A stretch of DNA of 64,000 bases, taken from contig JBLDXI010000068.1 of the NCBI GenBank assembly GCA_047495785.1, positions 22,596 through 86,595 of the forward strand. Reading direction: 5' to 3'. How positions within the stretch are numbered: the first letter of the stretch is position 1; every line of letters starts with the position of its first letter. Origin of the DNA: Lepidodermella squamata (taxonomy: Eukaryota; Animalia; Gastrotricha). The translations under genes and the position numbers were made by a program. The notes beneath the pieces were generated by a model. It was given only the letters and a program-made list of their open reading frames with translations, was not told where the DNA came from and did not search any database. Positions 61,001 through 64,000 of this stretch are shown piece after piece.

Positions 61001-62588
61001 ACAAGGGCTGAACACAAGGATTCCGCAGCCTTCTGCGGCTTGCAGCGAAATACGCGTCATCTGAGATGTGCCCGAATCGCCTGCAAACGTGTATGGCGTT
61101 GCTGCCACAACCGAATGACGCACGAATATGAGTGATTTGCACTGGTTGGGCACGATGCCGAACTGCGACGACACGTGCGAGTGGCGAAAACAGCGGTTTC
61201 AGCTTGCCATGGCTGGCAGTGAAATATCGGTCATCCGAGGTATGCGCGTATCGGCTGCAAACGTGTTTGCGCTTGCTGCCGCTATCGAATGAAGCGCGAA
61301 TGTGCATGGTGTGGCTTGGTGCAGCTCGATTCCACATAGCGGCGGTACGTACAAGGGCTGAACACAAGGATTCCAGCCTTCTGCGGCTTGCAGCGAAATA
61401 CGCGTCATCTGAGATGTGCCTGAATCGCCTGCAAACGTACATGGCGTTGCTGCCACAACCGAATGACGCACGAATATGAGTGATTTGCACTGGTTGGGCA
61501 CGATGCCGAACTGCGACGACACGTGCGAGTGGCGAAAACAGCGGTTTCAGCTTGCCATGGCTGGCAGCGAAATATCGGTCATCCGAGGTATGCGCGTATC
61601 GGCTGCAAACGTGTTTGCGCTTGCTGCCGCTATCGAATGAAGCGCGAATGTGCATGGTGTGCCTGGATGCAGCCCGATTCCACATAGCGGCGGTATGTAC
61701 AAGGGCTGAACACAAGGATACCAGCCTTCTGCGGCTGGGAGCGAAATACGCGTCATCTGAGATGTGCCCGAATCGCCTGCAAACGTACATGGCGTTGCTG
61801 CCACAACCGAATGACGCACGAATATGAGTGATTTGCACTGGTTGGGCACGATGCCGAACTGCGACGACACGTGCGAGTGGCGAAAACAGCGGTTTCAGCT
61901 TGCCATGGCTGCAGCGAAATATCGGTCATCCGAGGTATGCGCGTATCGGCTGCAAACGTGTTTGCGCTTGCTGCCGCTATCGAATGAAGCGCGAATGTGC
62001 ATGGTGTGGCTTGGTGCAGCCCGATTCCGCATAGCGGCGGTACGTACAAGGGCTGAACACAAGGATACCAGCCTTCTGCGGCTGGAAGCGAAATACGCGT
62101 CATCTGAGATGTGCCTGAATCGCCTGCAAACGTACATGGCGTTGCTGCCACAACCGAATGACGCACGAATATGAGTGATTTGCACTGGTTGGCACGATGC
62201 CGAACTGCGACGACACGTGCGAGTGGCGAAAACAGCGGTTTCAGCTTGCCATGGCTGGCAGCGAAATATCGGTCATCAGAAATATGCGCGTATAGGCTGC
62301 AAACGTGTTTGCGCTTGCTGCCGCTATCGAATGAAGCGCGAATGTGCATGGCGTGGCTTGGTGCAGTCTGATTTCACATAGCGGCGGTACGTACAAGGGC
62401 TGAACACAAGGATTCCGCAGCCTTCTGCGGCTTGCAGCGAAATACGCGTCATCTGAGATGTGCCCGAATCGCCTGCAAACGTGTATGGCGTTGCTGCCAC
62501 AACCGAATGACGCACGAATATGAGTGATTTGCACTGGTTGGGCACGATGCCGAACTGCGACGACACGTGCGAGTGGCGAAAACAGCGG
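49058..62588 (+). repeat. Satellite, about 39 copies of a 348-bp monomer (2 x 174-bp diverged halves)
   Basis: Exact 348-bp period; halves begin GCAGCGAAATAT and GCAGCGAAATAC and align ungapped at about 68% identity (hand count). Confidence 0.98.
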
Positions 62589-63983
62589 CAGCACGCGCAA
62601 ACACGTTTGCAGCCGATACGCGCATACCTCGGATGACCGATATTTCGCTGCCAGCCATGGCAAGCTGAAACCGCTGTTTTCGCCACTCGCACTTGTCGTC
62701 GCAGTTCGGCATCGTGCCCAACCAGTGCAAATCACTCATATTCGTGCGTCATTCGGTTGTGGCAGCAACGCCATGTACGTTTGCAGGCGATTCGGGCACA
62801 TCTCAGATGACGCGTATTTCGCTTCCAGCCGCAGAAGGCTGGTATCCTTGTGTTCAGCCCTTGTACGTACCGCCGCTATGTGAAATCAGACTGCACCAAG
62901 CCACGCCATGCACATTCGCGCTTCATTCGATAGCGGCAGCAAGCGCAAACACGTTTGCAGCCGATACGCGCATATTTCTGATGACCGATATTTCACTGCC
63001 AGGCATGGCAAGCTGAAACCGCTGTTTTCGCCACTCGCACTTGTCGTCGCAGTTCGGCATCGTGCCCAACCAGTGCAAATCACTCATATTCGTGCGTCAT
63101 TCGGTTGTGGCAAGCAACGCCATGTACGTTTGCAGGCGATTCGGGCACATCTCAGATGACGCGTATTTCGCTTCCAGCCGCAGAAGGCTGGTATCCTTGT
63201 GTTCAGCCCTTGTACATACCGCCGCTATGTGGAATCGGGCTGCACCCAGGCACACCATGCACATTCGCGCTTCATTCGATAGCGGCAGCACGCGCAAACA
63301 CGTTTGCAGCCGATACGCGCATACCTCGGATGACCGATATTTCGCTGCCAGCCATGGCAAGCTGAAACCGCTGTTTTCGCCACTCGCACGTGTCGTCGCA
63401 GTTCGGCATCGTGCCCAACCAGTGCAAATCACTCATATTCGTGCGTCATTCGGTTGTGGCAGCAACGCCATGTACGCTTGCAGGCGATTCGGGCACATCT
63501 CAGATGACGCGTATTTCGCTGCAAGCCGCAGAAGGCTGGTATCCTTGTGTTCAGCCCTTGTACGTACCGCCGCTATGTGAAATCAGACTGCACCAAGCCA
63601 CGCCATGCACATTCGCGCTTCACTCGATAGCGGCAGCACGCGCAAACACGTTTGCAGCCGATACGCGCATACCTCGGATGACCGATATTTCGCTGCCAGC
63701 CATGGCAAGCTGAAACCGCTGTTTTCGCCACTCGCACTTGTCGTCGCAGTTCGGCATCGTGCCCAACCAGTGCAAATCACTCATATTCGTGCGTCATTCG
63801 GTTGTGGCAGCAACGCCATGTACGTTTGCAGGCGATTCGGGCACATCTCAGATGACGCGTATTTCGCTTCCAGCCGCAGAAGGCTGGTATCCTTGTGTTC
63901 AGCCCTTGTACGTACCGCCGCTATGTGAAATCAGACTGCACCAAGCCACGCCATGCACATTCGCGCTTCATTCGATAGCGGCA
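62584..63983 (-). repeat. Same satellite inverted, four monomers
   Basis: Orientation switches at AGCGG microhomology (62584-62588); non-satellite sequence starts at 63984. Confidence 0.95.
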
Positions 63984-64000
63984 ACTCTCACGAGATGTGT

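Noticed and set aside
49019-63928. 3228-aa ORF and the 107/115-aa ORFs as real CDS
   Set aside because: Consequence of a 348-bp period divisible by 3; kept only as a low-interest finding.
49058-63983. CRISPR-like array next to a reverse transcriptase
   Set aside because: No unique spacers; whole monomers repeat; eukaryotic context and no cas genes.

Overview
Eukaryotic (animal-like) genomic DNA with three domains. (1) 1-29167: a tandem array of a 4569-bp unit carrying 27 tRNA genes (17 on +, 10 on -; 26 anticodons; 18 amino acids, no Met or Cys), about 150 tRNA genes in the window. Unit-1 coordinates are listed. Other copies lie at offsets +4569, +9138, +11065/11064, +15633, +20329, +20571, +25140 and +27067. 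The array contains a 1927-bp internal duplication made through its two identical tRNA-Asp genes (seen twice), a 3.7-kb 5'-truncated LINE whose two junctions both fall in tRNA genes, and a 233-bp retroposed insert with a 9-bp target-site duplication (TSD). (2) 29168-43490: a single-copy island. It holds four co-oriented minus-strand genes (a divergent RGM/hemojuvelin-like GPI-type protein lacking GDPH, TRMT5, WDR5, EXOSC7/RRP42), a decayed RT fragment and a putative 4-exon C2H2 gene. (3) 43500-63983: a 348-bp satellite (dimer of diverged 174-bp halves). It is interrupted near its edge by a nearly full-length copy of the same LINE family and has an inversion at about 62588. Almost all short ORFs in the supplied track are artefacts of tRNA genes or the satellite. 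All family assignments come from recalled motifs read by eye, not from database searches.
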